Source: an uncultured Prevotellaceae bacterium (lineage in GTDB: Bacteria > Bacteroidota > Bacteroidia > Bacteroidales > Bacteroidaceae). From it: a DNA stretch of 64,000 nucleotides. The stretch spans positions 19,245-83,244 of the forward strand of contig CAMNCV010000048.1 of NCBI GenBank assembly GCA_946534585.1. Reading direction: 5' to 3'. Shown one piece after another: positions 52,173 to 62,406 of the stretch. The notes beneath the pieces are model-generated. The model was not told the origin of the DNA. It searched no databases and saw only the letters and a program-made list of their open reading frames with translations. Every line of letters starts with the position of its first letter. Positions within the stretch are counted from its first letter, which is position 1. The position numbers were made by a program, and so were the translations under genes.

Positions 52173-54707
52173 TCACAGTACCTTGGCGATGCGCTGCTTC
52201 ACCAGCTCCGCCAGTTCCTCAGGCGTAGCAGCCTCTGAGGGCTGTACCATCGGCAGATACTCTATCTCAATGTGAGCCGTTGACGGGAAAGTGCGCTCGC
52301 GCGGCAGTGCGTCGTATGCACCGCGTATGCAGACAGGCAGTATAGGCACCTGCAACTCCTGCGAGAGTATTGCAAACGTCTTCTTGAAATCACCCAGCGC
52401 ACCAGTGTTAGTGCGGCGACCTTCAGGGAATATCACCAGGTTCTTGCCCTGGCGCAGTACCTCAGCCATCTTAGCTATTGAGTTCTTCAGGTTGCGACGC
52501 TCCATGAGGATTATATTGTGGTGAGCCGCAAACCAACGGCGCAGACTGCCCTGCACGTGTTCCTCCGTAGCATAGAAATAATAGTTCTTTATCTCATTGC
52601 TGTCTATGCCAGCCATGGCAAGCGGTCCGTCGAGGAAACTCTGATGGTTAGGCGCAAGGATAAAGGGTCCTTCATGAGGTATATTCTCCTTTCCTGACAC
52701 CTTCAAGCTGTTGTGCATACGGCAGAAGCCTGCAAAACACTTCGCTATCAGCGGATGCGTAAACGACGACGTAGGCAGTTTCAGTGGAGACTGAGGAACA
52801 AAGATTGAAGAATTTCCCTCCTTACTTATTTCATCAGCGTTTTCACTATTCACTTTTCGTTTTTCGCCACCAGCAAGGGCTTCCTCGTTCTCTGAGAGCT
52901 TTCTGAGTTCCTCACATATCTCGCCCACGTTCTTATACTTCGCCATGTCGTCGGCATTGATGCTTACTCCGAAACGCTCCTCTATGAAGCCCTGCAGCCC
53001 TACGCGGTCGAGCGAGTCGAAGGCCAGGTCGGTCTCTATGTGGCTGGTGGGTGACACCGCTACCTTCTTCTCCTTTTCTATATACTGCTTCAGCGCCGTG
53101 TAGTAAGCATCCTGCGGTTCCTCTATGACTGGCTGACTGGCGGTCTCAACAGCTGTCTTGCTGCCATTGATGATGTCCTTGAGCTTATAACGCTGCAACT
53201 TCTCCAGACGCGTGCGTGGCAGTTCGCCACGGAACACCATCAGGCTCATCAGTTTCTTATAGCCCGCCACGGTGAGATTATACGGCTCCAGCACCTCGCG
53301 CTTCAGCTGTTCCTCAGCCTCAGCATCGCTCTTTGAGCCCAGCCATTCCTCCTGCGGCACGATGATGGCGCGCAGCAAGTCGCCATCCTGCACGACGGCA
53401 GCTTCCTTCACCTGCTCGGTGTATTTCTCAAGTTTATACTCTATCTCTGACGGTTGCACATTCTTACCGTTCGACAGTACGATGATTTCCTTTGAGCGAC
53501 CGGTGATATACACGCGTCCCTTCTCATCGAAGCGAGCCAAGTCGCCCGTATGCAGGAAACCGTCCTTATCTATCACCTCATCAGTCTCTGCCTTGCGGTT
53601 GTAGTAACCCAGCATAAGGTTCTTGCCGCGGCAGAGCAGTTCGCCATCTACTATCTTACACTCCACCGACGGCAGAGGCAGCCCGGCGCATCCCGGTATA
53701 TAGTCGCCCGGACGGGTGAATGCTATGATAGGAGCCATCTCCGTCATGCCGTAGCCCTCAAGCACCTCAAGGCCGAGCGTCTTCAGTCCTTCGCCAATCT
53801 CGCGGTCGAGAGCCGCACCGCCGCAAACGCAGTAGTCCAGATGCCCGCCCATCTTCTTGTGTACCGCACCGAAGATAAGCCTTGACAGGCGTCGGCTCTG
53901 CGCCTTCTTACACATACTGAAGAGTGCTCGCGTCACGGCCTTCGCCTCTATCTTCTTCATGATACCCTGATAGAGCGTCTGCCACAGTCTGGGCACTCCC
54001 ACCATGATGCCTATCTGACCACGCTCAAGCATCGCCATGATGTCAGGACCTGACAGCGTGGGGCATATCGCCACGCCGCAGGCACGTGTTATCGGAGCGA
54101 TTACGGTGCCCATCAGTGGCAGCACGTGGTGTAGCGGCAGCAGAATGAGCGTGCGGCGCTCGCCATTGAAGATAGGCACCTCGTCAGCCACGCCGCGTAT
54201 GTTGGCCTCAAGATTGTCGTATGTCAGCATCACGCCCTTCGGCGAACCCGTAGTACCCGAGGTATAGATGATTACCGCCACGTCAGAACCATTATGTCCG
54301 AAGGTCATCTCCGTACATTCCTCTTTCTTCTCTTCCTCCTTACCTCCTATCAGCAGCAGGCTTACCTCTACTCCGGCCTGTGCCATGGCTTCACGCGCAA
54401 GGGCTTCTTTCTGCTCCGACACGAAGACGTAGTCAGGCGTGCAGTCGCGCAGTATATAGGCCACGTCGCTTGCCGTTGACGTAGCATCAACGGGCACTGC
54501 TATGCCTCCCTTCAGCCATACGGCAAAGAAGGCATAGAGCCACTCCTCACGGTTCTCGCTGAGCACCACGGTCTTGAAGCGTTCGCCGTCGGTGCGCTCT
54601 GAGAGCCTGTCGGCATAAGCCGATATATGTTGCATCATTTCACGGTAGCTCACCTCGCCCGTAGGGGTGATGATGGCAGCCTTGTTGTAGTCGCGTATCT
54701 TAAGCAT
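52173..54707 (-). CDS. Fused acyl-CoA/acyl-ACP synthetase + ACP + lysophospholipid acyltransferase (Aas-like)
   Basis: YTSGTTGSPKG, EGYGMTE, HTGD (AMP-binding); DLAFDSL (phosphopantetheine site); NHQSFLD and FPEGRR (PlsC). Confidence 0.9.
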   Translation of the reverse strand: MLKIRDYNKAAIITPTGEVSYREMMQHISAYADRLSERTDGERFKTVVLSENREEWLYAFFAVWLKGGIAVPVDATSTASDVAYILRDCTPDYVFVSEQKEALAREAMAQAGVEVSLLLIGGKEEEKKEECTEMTFGHNGSDVAVIIYTSGTTGSPKGVMLTYDNLEANIRGVADEVPIFNGERRTLILLPLHHVLPLMGTVIAPITRACGVAICPTLSGPDIMAMLERGQIGIMVGVPRLWQTLYQGIMKKIEAKAVTRALFSMCKKAQSRRLSRLIFGAVHKKMGGHLDYCVCGGAALDREIGEGLKTLGLEVLEGYGMTEMAPIIAFTRPGDYIPGCAGLPLPSVECKIVDGELLCRGKNLMLGYYNRKAETDEVIDKDGFLHTGDLARFDEKGRVYITGRSKEIIVLSNGKNVQPSEIEYKLEKYTEQVKEAAVVQDGDLLRAIIVPQEEWLGSKSDAEAEEQLKREVLEPYNLTVAGYKKLMSLMVFRGELPRTRLEKLQRYKLKDIINGSKTAVETASQPVIEEPQDAYYTALKQYIEKEKKVAVSPTSHIETDLAFDSLDRVGLQGFIEERFGVSINADDMAKYKNVGEICEELRKLSENEEALAGGEKRKVNSENADEISKEGNSSIFVPQSPLKLPTSSFTHPLIAKCFAGFCRMHNSLKVSGKENIPHEGPFILAPNHQSFLDGPLAMAGIDSNEIKNYYFYATEEHVQGSLRRWFAAHHNIILMERRNLKNSIAKMAEVLRQGKNLVIFPEGRRTNTGALGDFKKTFAILSQELQVPILPVCIRGAYDALPRERTFPSTAHIEIEYLPMVQPSEAATPEELAELVKQRIAKVL
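52783..52868. repeat. Degenerate heptamer inverted-repeat element in-frame in the ACP-acyltransferase linker
   Basis: AGTGGAG ACTGAGG AACAAAG ATTGAAG AAT ... TTTCACT ATTCACT TTTCGTT TTTCGCC. Confidence 0.62.
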
Positions 54708-54736
54708 AACGTTTTTGTTTTACTGTTTTTCGGTTG

Positions 54737-54767
54737 CAAAGTTACTGTTTTTCCGTTTAAATACAAA
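54737..54767 (-). promoter_or_regulatory. Promoter for the Aas-like gene
   Basis: Minus strand TTTG - 19 nt - TAACTTTG. Confidence 0.7.
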
Positions 54768-54851
54768 GTAAATCGCAAAAACATTCTTTTGCAATGACAA
54801 AAATGTGCCATACCGCTTGCATATTCTCAGTATTATTGTTAATTTTGCGTT

Positions 54852-56183
54852 ATGAACAAATTTTTACTCAAACCGCTTGCCATCATGCTGTCGTTGGCAA
54901 GCTATTCACCAACCATCCTACTGTCGTTGACGAGCCTTCCCTCGTTTGCTGTGACGTCATCACAGCCTCAGCCGGTGACGCTGACGATAAAGAACCCCCT
55001 ACCCTCTGCCCGCACCACGGGCGAGATGGTGGAGCTTGACGCCTCCAGACTGCCTGACGGCTTTCTGCTCGTGACCACGGAGCGTGGCGACACGCTGCCC
55101 TGCCAGCGCACCTACAACGGAAAAGTGATATTCCCCTGTCCGCGGATGGAGGCTAAGCAGACTATAAAGGTGAAGCTTGCGGCTTTCCCTGCGGATGATG
55201 CCTCGGCAGCGTCTGCCACTAAAAGCCAGCCGAAGGTGTTCGGCAGACTGTATCCCGAGCGACAGAGCGACTTCTCTTTCGAGAACGACCGCATAGCCTT
55301 CCGCATCTATGGTCCTGAGACTCAGCGCAAGGGCGAGCGGCTCTATGGCTATGATATCTTCCTGAAGCGCAGCGCTGCATTGGTGCTCGACCATCTGTAT
55401 GCCTCGCAGTGTAACCGCGAGATGTGGAACACGGTAGGCCAACTGCGCCGCCTTGGGCATCGCGAACTGGCGGAGGATGTATATCAGTATGGTTTCTGCT
55501 ACCACGTAGATCATGGCGAGGGCATGGATATATATAAGGTAGGTCAGACGCTCGGTGCCGGCACCAACGCTCTCATCAGCCCTGATGGGCAGATAGCCTA
55601 CCCCTGGTGCTTCAGCAAGGCCGAGGTGCTCGACGATGGTCCGCTGCGCCTTACGGTCAGACTGACATTCGCTACCACTACGGTTGCCGGCACAGAGGTC
55701 AGCGAGGTGCGCACGCTCAGCATCGACGCCGGTAGCCAGATGGTGCGCACGGTGGTGGAGTACTCGCCCACGCTGCCATCAGGCTACAGTCCCATGGCTG
55801 CCATCGCGGTACACAAGGAGAACCCTACGGCTTACCTAATAGACAAGGAGCGTGGCATCATTGCCTGTGACGACCTTGGCGACCCCGACATTTACCGCAA
55901 GAAGGACCGCGCGAAGTTTGACCCGCAGAAGGGGCATACATTCATCGGCTGCCTGATGCCTGGTGCCACTGACTGTCGTTTCGTTTCCTTTGAAAAGGAG
56001 ACGTCGGGTGCCGTGGGCCATGTCATTGCCATCGCTCCTAAGGATAACACCATGACGTATTACTTCGGCTACGCCTGGGATGGCAACCCCGTGAGCGGCA
56101 TAGCATCCGTGAAGCAGTGGCAGGAGTACCTGAGGATGTTCTCAGAACAGCTGCGCCAGCCACTTAAGGTAAACAGGAAATAA
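54852..56183 (+). CDS. DUF4861 family exported protein
   Basis: PER..DF.FENDRIAFRIYGP, GYDIFLKR, YHVDHGEGMDIYKVG.TLGAG, YYFGYAW. Confidence 0.8.
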   Translation: MNKFLLKPLAIMLSLASYSPTILLSLTSLPSFAVTSSQPQPVTLTIKNPLPSARTTGEMVELDASRLPDGFLLVTTERGDTLPCQRTYNGKVIFPCPRMEAKQTIKVKLAAFPADDASAASATKSQPKVFGRLYPERQSDFSFENDRIAFRIYGPETQRKGERLYGYDIFLKRSAALVLDHLYASQCNREMWNTVGQLRRLGHRELAEDVYQYGFCYHVDHGEGMDIYKVGQTLGAGTNALISPDGQIAYPWCFSKAEVLDDGPLRLTVRLTFATTTVAGTEVSEVRTLSIDAGSQMVRTVVEYSPTLPSGYSPMAAIAVHKENPTAYLIDKERGIIACDDLGDPDIYRKKDRAKFDPQKGHTFIGCLMPGATDCRFVSFEKETSGAVGHVIAIAPKDNTMTYYFGYAWDGNPVSGIASVKQWQEYLRMFSEQLRQPLKVNRK

Positions 56184-56199
56184 CAACACACACACGATA

Positions 56200-57579
56200 A
56201 TGAAAAGACATCTTATCTCTTTCTTATGCCTCATCGCCGCTATGGCGGTGCAGGCGCAGCAGGTTTCGATGATGGTGATGAGCGACCCTCACGTGATGCA
56301 CACGTCGCTCTTCGACGTGCCTTACGGCGAGGCGTTCCTACAGTCGCTGGGGCGCGACCTGAAGGTCAACGAGTCAAGTCAGCAACTCTTCGACCAGTTC
56401 GTTGAGAAGGTCAAGGCGGAGCGCCCGCAACTGCTCTTGATACCGGGCGACCTGACCAAGGACGGCGAGCGCGTCTCCCACGACTATATAGCCAAGAAAC
56501 TCAAGGAGGTGGAGGCTGCCGGCACGCAGGTGCTCGTCGTCCCGGGCAACCACGACATGGAGAACCCCCTGGCCTATGGCTATCAGGGCACCAAGGCTGA
56601 GCGCGTGCCTACGGTGACGGAAACGGAGTTTCGCGAGATATACAAGGATTTCGGCTACAGTGAGGCCGTGGCCATGGACACGCTGACGGGCTCCTACATC
56701 GCCTACCCCGTGCCGGGACTGGCGGTGGTATGCCTTAACAGCAACATTCCCAACCGCTTGAAGGCGCGATACGTACACGGCCGACTGATGCAACCCCTGC
56801 TCAACTGGATGGAGCGCGTAGCCGGCGAGGCTCGCTCGGCTGGCCGAAAGGTCATAGCCATGTGTCACCATGAGGTTATGCAGCACCACAACCAGGAGGA
56901 TTTCTTCGCCCCTACGGCCATGACCAACATGGAGCGTGGCATCAAGGGACTGCCCACGCTGAAGGCGGTGCAGGAGACGTTCACTCGCTCGGGCATACAC
57001 CTCGTGCTGACAGGTCACTACCACATACAGTCAATCACCGACGCTGAGACCATGCACGGCCGGCTCACCGACGTATCGACGGGCTCTCTGGCCGGCTTTC
57101 CCAGTCCCTACCGCCGCATGACGCTCAACACGCAGACGGGGCGCGTGCGCATCACCTCAGCCACCATGTTCGGCAACAACCCCCGCCAGTGGCCCACCAC
57201 CGAGATGGCACAGCGCGAGATGGACCGCCTGCGCTACATGGTGCAGCTCTACGTGCCGAAGCTCACCGGCGTGAAGACCGACATTAACGATGCCTACCAG
57301 TATCTCGCCACGCCCTACAACAAAGCACTCTGCGCCCTTGCCGCCGGCGACGAGACCAGCCACAAGCCTAAGGAGATATACGACGAGTGCATGGATGCCA
57401 CCGACCGCTACATACGCCATGCCCTTACCTACAATGCGGTGAAGCTCAATGCCCTGCGCCAGCAGAAAGACGGGCCCTACCGCCGTGCCTCCGACCTCAT
57501 TCACAGCATAATGTATAACTACGTGGGACAGCGCAAGCACACGAATGCCGACAACTCCGTGACGCTCACGCTGCCCTGA
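56200..57579 (+). CDS. Secreted calcineurin-like metallophosphoesterase
   Basis: Signal peptide; SDPH, GDLT, PGNHD, HH, TGHYH motifs. Confidence 0.88.
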   Translation: MKRHLISFLCLIAAMAVQAQQVSMMVMSDPHVMHTSLFDVPYGEAFLQSLGRDLKVNESSQQLFDQFVEKVKAERPQLLLIPGDLTKDGERVSHDYIAKKLKEVEAAGTQVLVVPGNHDMENPLAYGYQGTKAERVPTVTETEFREIYKDFGYSEAVAMDTLTGSYIAYPVPGLAVVCLNSNIPNRLKARYVHGRLMQPLLNWMERVAGEARSAGRKVIAMCHHEVMQHHNQEDFFAPTAMTNMERGIKGLPTLKAVQETFTRSGIHLVLTGHYHIQSITDAETMHGRLTDVSTGSLAGFPSPYRRMTLNTQTGRVRITSATMFGNNPRQWPTTEMAQREMDRLRYMVQLYVPKLTGVKTDINDAYQYLATPYNKALCALAAGDETSHKPKEIYDECMDATDRYIRHALTYNAVKLNALRQQKDGPYRRASDLIHSIMYNYVGQRKHTNADNSVTLTLP

Positions 57580-57580
57580 C

Positions 57581-57687
57581 GCCACGTCACGCCGATTGCC
57601 TTGCAATAACACGCTGATTACCCGATAATCCCTATCTTATTACCCTGTAAAAGCACAACCTTTACAGGGTAATATCATTTCATCACT
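57581..57687. repeat. 22-bp-period quasi-palindromic array (5 units)
   Basis: GCCACGTCACGCCGATTGC ctt GCAATAACACGCTGATTAC ccg ATAATCCCTATCTTATTAC cct GTAAAAGCACAACCTTTAC agg GTAATATCATTTCATCACT. Confidence 0.8.
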
Positions 57688-57857
57688 TCAATCTTTCAAT
57701 CCCTATAAGGGCTTTGCTTTTATCATGCAAATTCCCGAATTATCATGATACAGCCCTTCAGAAGGCGTTGCTTCTGTAGGGCAGTCAGTATTGATATGGC
57801 AGAAAGGATGTGAGAGCAGAAAAAATACTGCCCCCGCAAATTTTACAAGGGAAAAGT

Positions 57858-57888
57858 TTTGCAGTAATGGGAAAAGTTTGTAAATTTG
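57858..57888 (+). promoter_or_regulatory. Promoter for the hypothetical protein-porin genes
   Basis: TTTG - 19 nt - TAAATTTG. Confidence 0.7.
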
Positions 57889-57894
57889 CATTTG

Positions 57895-57965
57895 GAATAA
57901 AACTGCTAAAACAACTAAAACAAGGCATGCTCTACTGAGTTTTAGAAGTTTTATAGGTTTTATTC
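57895..57965. repeat. Nonamer-unit inverted repeat in the 5' leader
   Basis: GAATAAAACTG CTAAAACAA CTAAAAC ... GTTTTAG AAGTTTTAT AGGTTTTATTC. Confidence 0.7.
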
Positions 57966-57989
57966 AAAAAAAAGAAAAATAACGACAGA

Positions 57990-58517
57990 ATGACTTTCGA
58001 ACAACAGATACAGGAAGACCTGCACCGCTATCTCAGGTCGCTCAACGAGGCGGAGGAGAGACTGCCCGACTGTCCCGACGTATATGAGAAATGGGACCAC
58101 ATAGCACAGGCTTACATACCCGACGGAATACGAGAATATGCCAACTATCCGGAGGCTTCGCTGGGATGGATGATGTATCTGGGCATGGCCGTGGCGCAAT
58201 ACTGGGACACGGAGTGGGAAACTTACTCACGACTGGAGAATATGTATGCCTACATACGCGACAAGCGCGGCTACGATGCCATGGACGAGTACATACGCGA
58301 GGAGGTGCTCAGACTGCAAGGCGACAGCTACAAGCAGACGGAACAGATAGTGGGCGAGTGCGCCGCACGAGTACACAGCGCACTGCTACGACAGCAGATA
58401 GAGCCCGGCACGAAGGAGGCTTTCCACGCCTACGTGGACTGTCTGCGACAGTTGTACCTCTTCGGTGCAGCCATGCAACTCAAACGCATGGGCTACCACA
58501 TGACGAAGATGAACTAA
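57990..58517 (+). CDS. Conserved hypothetical protein (Bacteroidales)
   Basis: 175-aa ORF behind a promoter with host-like codon usage; YIPDGIREY..YP..SLGWMMY.GMAVA..WD pattern. Confidence 0.8.
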   Translation: MTFEQQIQEDLHRYLRSLNEAEERLPDCPDVYEKWDHIAQAYIPDGIREYANYPEASLGWMMYLGMAVAQYWDTEWETYSRLENMYAYIRDKRGYDAMDEYIREEVLRLQGDSYKQTEQIVGECAARVHSALLRQQIEPGTKEAFHAYVDCLRQLYLFGAAMQLKRMGYHMTKMN

Positions 58518-58531
58518 AACTATTTTACACC

Positions 58532-59737
58532 ATGAATAACATTACAAAGACTTTCGTGACTGCACTGCTTGCAGCCACTGTACAGACGGCTACGGCTCAG
58601 GGCAACCTCAACGGACTGGGCAACGAAAAGGAACAGACACAATCGCTGGCGGAGCGCGTGCTCAAGCTGGAGAAGAAGTCGGATGCCTTTAACCTGTACT
58701 TGAACACCCACATTTCATATCAGGAGCGCTTCAACAACCAGGAGCGCTTCGGCAGCAGGCAGAGCGACGGCTCTGAGGAGGGCGGCTCCTTCAAGGGCAG
58801 ACAGCTGAGGGTGGAGATGCTCGGCAATCTCAACGAGCACTGGAGCTACCGCTTCCGCTACCGCCTGAACCGACCGGGCGAACAACAGAGCGACAACTTC
58901 AGCAACAATATCGACATCATGACCGTGAACTATAAGTTCAACGATCGCTTCACGCTGTCAGCGGGAAAATTGGGTGTTGCCTTGGGTGGCTATCAGTATG
59001 ACGACAACCCGATCAACGTGTTGGAGTTCTGCGACTGGCTTAACGGTATCGACGGTTTCCACCTGGGCGTTCACGGAGCATACAACGTCGGCAAGAACAA
59101 CACGCTGATGCTCGGACTATACAATACCAACAACAATGACACAAAGCGCTACTACTCGGAGGAGGCAGGACTGAAACGCTCGAAGCATCCGCTGGCCGGC
59201 TCACTATACTGGATAGGCAATATGTGTGGCGGAAAACTGCAGACTCTATGGTCATACTCGCTGCTGAGCGAGGTGGAAAACAAGTATAGCAGTCTGCTGA
59301 TGCTGGGCACGCGCCTCAATATGCCCAAGTGGCAGCTGACGCTCGACTACTACGGTGCATGGGAGCAGATTGACCACCATAAGATTACAACCACCGAGAT
59401 GAGGGCTGCCGACCCTGCCACAAGCAAAGTGGCACGCAGCACGCGCTATCACTCGCTGTTGCTCGACTGGACCTACCAGCCTACGCCCCACTGGAACTGC
59501 ATCCTTGGCGGAAGGATGGAGTTTGCATCGGCAAAGGACAACCCCGCCTTCCGCAACTACCGCCGCAGCTACGGCTACCAGGCCGCCGTGCAGTGGATTC
59601 CCGACCTTACGCAGGATGCGCGCCTGTCGCTGGCCTACATCGGCAGCAGGGTGGATTACAACGATAAGTGCGGACTGGCGGATTTCAATACCGACCGACT
59701 GGAGCTCAGCCTCATATACAGAATAAAGGTGTATTAA
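58532..59737 (+). CDS. Outer-membrane porin (OprO/OprP-like)
   Basis: Signal peptide from ATG 58532; FKGRQLRVEMLG...WSYRFRYRLN; C-terminal strand LIYRIKVY. Confidence 0.75.
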   Translation: MNNITKTFVTALLAATVQTATAQGNLNGLGNEKEQTQSLAERVLKLEKKSDAFNLYLNTHISYQERFNNQERFGSRQSDGSEEGGSFKGRQLRVEMLGNLNEHWSYRFRYRLNRPGEQQSDNFSNNIDIMTVNYKFNDRFTLSAGKLGVALGGYQYDDNPINVLEFCDWLNGIDGFHLGVHGAYNVGKNNTLMLGLYNTNNNDTKRYYSEEAGLKRSKHPLAGSLYWIGNMCGGKLQTLWSYSLLSEVENKYSSLLMLGTRLNMPKWQLTLDYYGAWEQIDHHKITTTEMRAADPATSKVARSTRYHSLLLDWTYQPTPHWNCILGGRMEFASAKDNPAFRNYRRSYGYQAAVQWIPDLTQDARLSLAYIGSRVDYNDKCGLADFNTDRLELSLIYRIKVY

Positions 59738-59782
59738 ATTTCTCAACAACAGCTAACATAAACAAAAAAAGACTTGAAAACG

Positions 59783-59820
59783 AAAAGCCCACCCTGCTTA
59801 AGCGTGCAGGATGGGCTTTT
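59783..59820. terminator. Bidirectional terminator between the porin gene and pnp
   Basis: AAAAGCCCACCCTGC / GCAGGATGGGCTTTT. Confidence 0.8.
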
Positions 59821-59844
59821 ACCATTTTATTATAACCTAAAGCC

Positions 59845-62064
59845 TTATTCAGCTCTGTCTTCACGGCGCGGACGACGCTCGCCACGCTCCGGACGCGGAC
59901 GGCGTGGACGACGTTCACGCTCCTCCCAGCCTTCGGGCTTCTCAAGGAGTACCTTGCGTGAGAGTTTGTACTTGCCAGTCTTCTCGTCTATCTCCATGAG
60001 CTTCACCTTTATGGTGTCACCCTCCTTGATACCAGCCTCCTCGACAGTCTCAAGGCGCTTCCAGTCAATCTCAGAGATATGGAGCAGTCCGTCCTTGCCT
60101 GGCAGTATCTCAACGAAACAGCCGTAAGGCATTACCGAGCGCACGATGCCTTCGTAAACCTCGCCAATCTCCGGCACAGCCACGATGGCCTTGATCTTCT
60201 GCAGTGCAGACTCGATAGAGTCCTTGTCTGGAGCTGATACCTGCACCTTGCCTACGCCATCCTCTTCGTCGATGGTGATGACGGTATTGGTATCTTCCTG
60301 TATCTGCTGTATGATCTTGCCGCCAGGACCGATTACTGCACCGATGAACTCCTTCGGAATCTCTATCTGTACGATGCGTGGCACCTGTGGCTTGAAGTCG
60401 GCGCGTGGCTCTGCTATGGTGTCGGTGATGCATCCGAGGATGTGCTCACGACCAGCCTTTGCCTGCATGAGAGCCTTCTCAAGGATTTCGTATGACAGTC
60501 CGTCGCACTTGATATCCATCTGCGTAGCTGTCAGACCGTCCTTCGTACCGGTGGTCTTGAAGTCCATGTCGCCGAGGTGGTCCTCATCGCCGAGAATGTC
60601 AGAGAGTACTGCATACTTCTCCTCGCCTGGGTTCTTGATAAGACCCATTGCGATACCTGATACAGGCTTCTTCATCGGAACGCCGGCATCCATCAGTGCC
60701 AGTGTGCCTGCGCATACCGTAGCCATTGATGATGAGCCGTTAGACTCAAGAATCTGGCTTACCAGACGCACGGTGTAAGGGAAGTCAGAAGGTATCTGAC
60801 CCTTCAGTCCGCGCCATGCCAGGTGTCCGTGACCAATCTCGCGGCGGCCTACGCCACGCTGTGCCTTAGCCTCACCCGTGCAGAATGGTGGGAAGTTATA
60901 GTGAAGGAGGAATTTCTGATAAGAGCGCTCCAGTACGTCGTCAACGAGTTTCTCGTCGAGCTTTGTGCCGAGCGTACAGGTGGTGAGCGACTGTGTCTCG
61001 CCACGTGTGAAGATAGATGAGCCGTGAGGCATTGGCAGCGGACTTACCTCGCACCATATCGGGCGTATGTCTGTTGTCTTACGACCGTCGAGGCGTATGC
61101 CCTCGTCGAGTATGCAGCGGCGCATTGCGTCACGCTCCACGTCGTGATAGTATTTGTCGCAGAGAGCGTATTTCTCTTCCAGCTCGTCCTCTGTGAGGTC
61201 GGTGTGTGCAGCGGCATACTTCTCCTTGAACTCTGTGATGATAGCCTCGAAAGCCTCAGCGCGAGCCTGCTTCTCAAGAGCCTGCTTCACTACGTCGTAG
61301 GCCTTCTGGTAGCACTCGTTCTTGATCTGCTCCTTGAGTTCGTCGTCGTTGACCTCGTGGCAGTATTCGCGCTTCACGTCAGTGCCGAGTTCCTTCATCA
61401 GCTCCTCCTGCAGCACACACATAGGCTTGATGGCCTCGTGGGCAGCCTTCAGAGCGTTGAGCAGGTCAACCTCCTGCACTTCCTTCATCTCGCCCTCAAC
61501 CATCATGATGTTGTCCTTTGTTGCACCCACCATGAGGTCCATGTCAGCGTCAGCCATCTGTGCCTTGGTAGGGTTGATGACATACTCGCCGTTGATGCGA
61601 GCCACGCGCACCTCAGAGATTGGGCACTCAAACGGGATGTCGGAGCAAGCCAGTGCGCATGATGCGGCGAAGCCTGCAAGAGCGTCAGGCTGGTCAACGC
61701 CGTCAGCCGAGAAGAGTATTACGTTTACATAGACTTCTGCGTGAAAGTCGCTTGGGAAGAGCGGTCTGAGCGCACGGTCCACAAGGCGGCAGGTCAGTAT
61801 CTCATCGTCATTGGCCTTGCCCTCGCGCTTGGTGAAGCCACCGGGGAATCGTCCTGCTGCGGCATACTGCTCGCGGTATTCTACCTGCAGTGGCATGAAA
61901 TCTGTGCCTGGCACTGCGTCTTTTGCGGCACATACAGTGGCCAGCAGTACGGTGTTACCCATACGGAGGGTACATGAGCCGTCGGCCTGCTTGGCCAGTT
62001 TTCCAGTCTCGATGGTGATGGTGCGTCCATCAGGCAGTGAGACGGTTTTTGTAATTACGTTCAT
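59845..62064 (-). CDS. pnp: Polyribonucleotide nucleotidyltransferase
   Basis: [42 protein letters not shown] and S1 domains. Confidence 0.98.
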   Translation of the reverse strand: MNVITKTVSLPDGRTITIETGKLAKQADGSCTLRMGNTVLLATVCAAKDAVPGTDFMPLQVEYREQYAAAGRFPGGFTKREGKANDDEILTCRLVDRALRPLFPSDFHAEVYVNVILFSADGVDQPDALAGFAASCALACSDIPFECPISEVRVARINGEYVINPTKAQMADADMDLMVGATKDNIMMVEGEMKEVQEVDLLNALKAAHEAIKPMCVLQEELMKELGTDVKREYCHEVNDDELKEQIKNECYQKAYDVVKQALEKQARAEAFEAIITEFKEKYAAAHTDLTEDELEEKYALCDKYYHDVERDAMRRCILDEGIRLDGRKTTDIRPIWCEVSPLPMPHGSSIFTRGETQSLTTCTLGTKLDEKLVDDVLERSYQKFLLHYNFPPFCTGEAKAQRGVGRREIGHGHLAWRGLKGQIPSDFPYTVRLVSQILESNGSSSMATVCAGTLALMDAGVPMKKPVSGIAMGLIKNPGEEKYAVLSDILGDEDHLGDMDFKTTGTKDGLTATQMDIKCDGLSYEILEKALMQAKAGREHILGCITDTIAEPRADFKPQVPRIVQIEIPKEFIGAVIGPGGKIIQQIQEDTNTVITIDEEDGVGKVQVSAPDKDSIESALQKIKAIVAVPEIGEVYEGIVRSVMPYGCFVEILPGKDGLLHISEIDWKRLETVEEAGIKEGDTIKVKLMEIDEKTGKYKLSRKVLLEKPEGWEERERRPRRPRPERGERRPRREDRAE

Positions 62065-62154
62065 TTAAGTTTCTTATTGTTTTTACTGTTTTCATCTATG
62101 GGCCTGAGGGCACCTTGCCCTGACCCTGCGCTTCTTTTCACGCATAATATCACG

Positions 62155-62186
62155 CAAATTTACACATTTTCATTGGTTTATGCAAA
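62155..62186 (-). promoter_or_regulatory. Promoter for pnp
   Basis: Minus strand TTTG - 20 nt - TAAATTTG. Confidence 0.7.
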
Positions 62187-62321
62187 TTCTTTAACTTTTT
62201 TTATCTAAATCCTTTGCTTATTCGTGTCTGTTTCCCTCTGACCTTCACATTTACTACATGACTTTTCCCTTATATAAAATACATCAAAGCATGGCAGTTA
62301 TGCAAAAAATATATCCGTTTT

Positions 62322-62353
62322 CTTGCATAACTGCGTTTTTTTTGTTACTTTTG
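62322..62353 (+). promoter_or_regulatory. Promoter for pta-ackA
   Basis: CTTG - 20 nt - TACTTTTG, overlapped by a 12-bp inverted repeat. Confidence 0.7.
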
Positions 62354-62406
62354 CCCCAAAGTTTCGTATGAAAAAACACAGTTATATATAATAAACCATT
62401 AAATTT

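Noticed and set aside
58091-58531. 147-aa N-terminal extension of the porin overlapping the upstream gene
   Set aside because: The signal peptide starts at ATG 58532; the overlap is a chance open frame.
62104-62123. pnp leader hairpin as an RNase III autoregulatory element
   Set aside because: Only a 6-7-bp stem is visible, too short to support the call.
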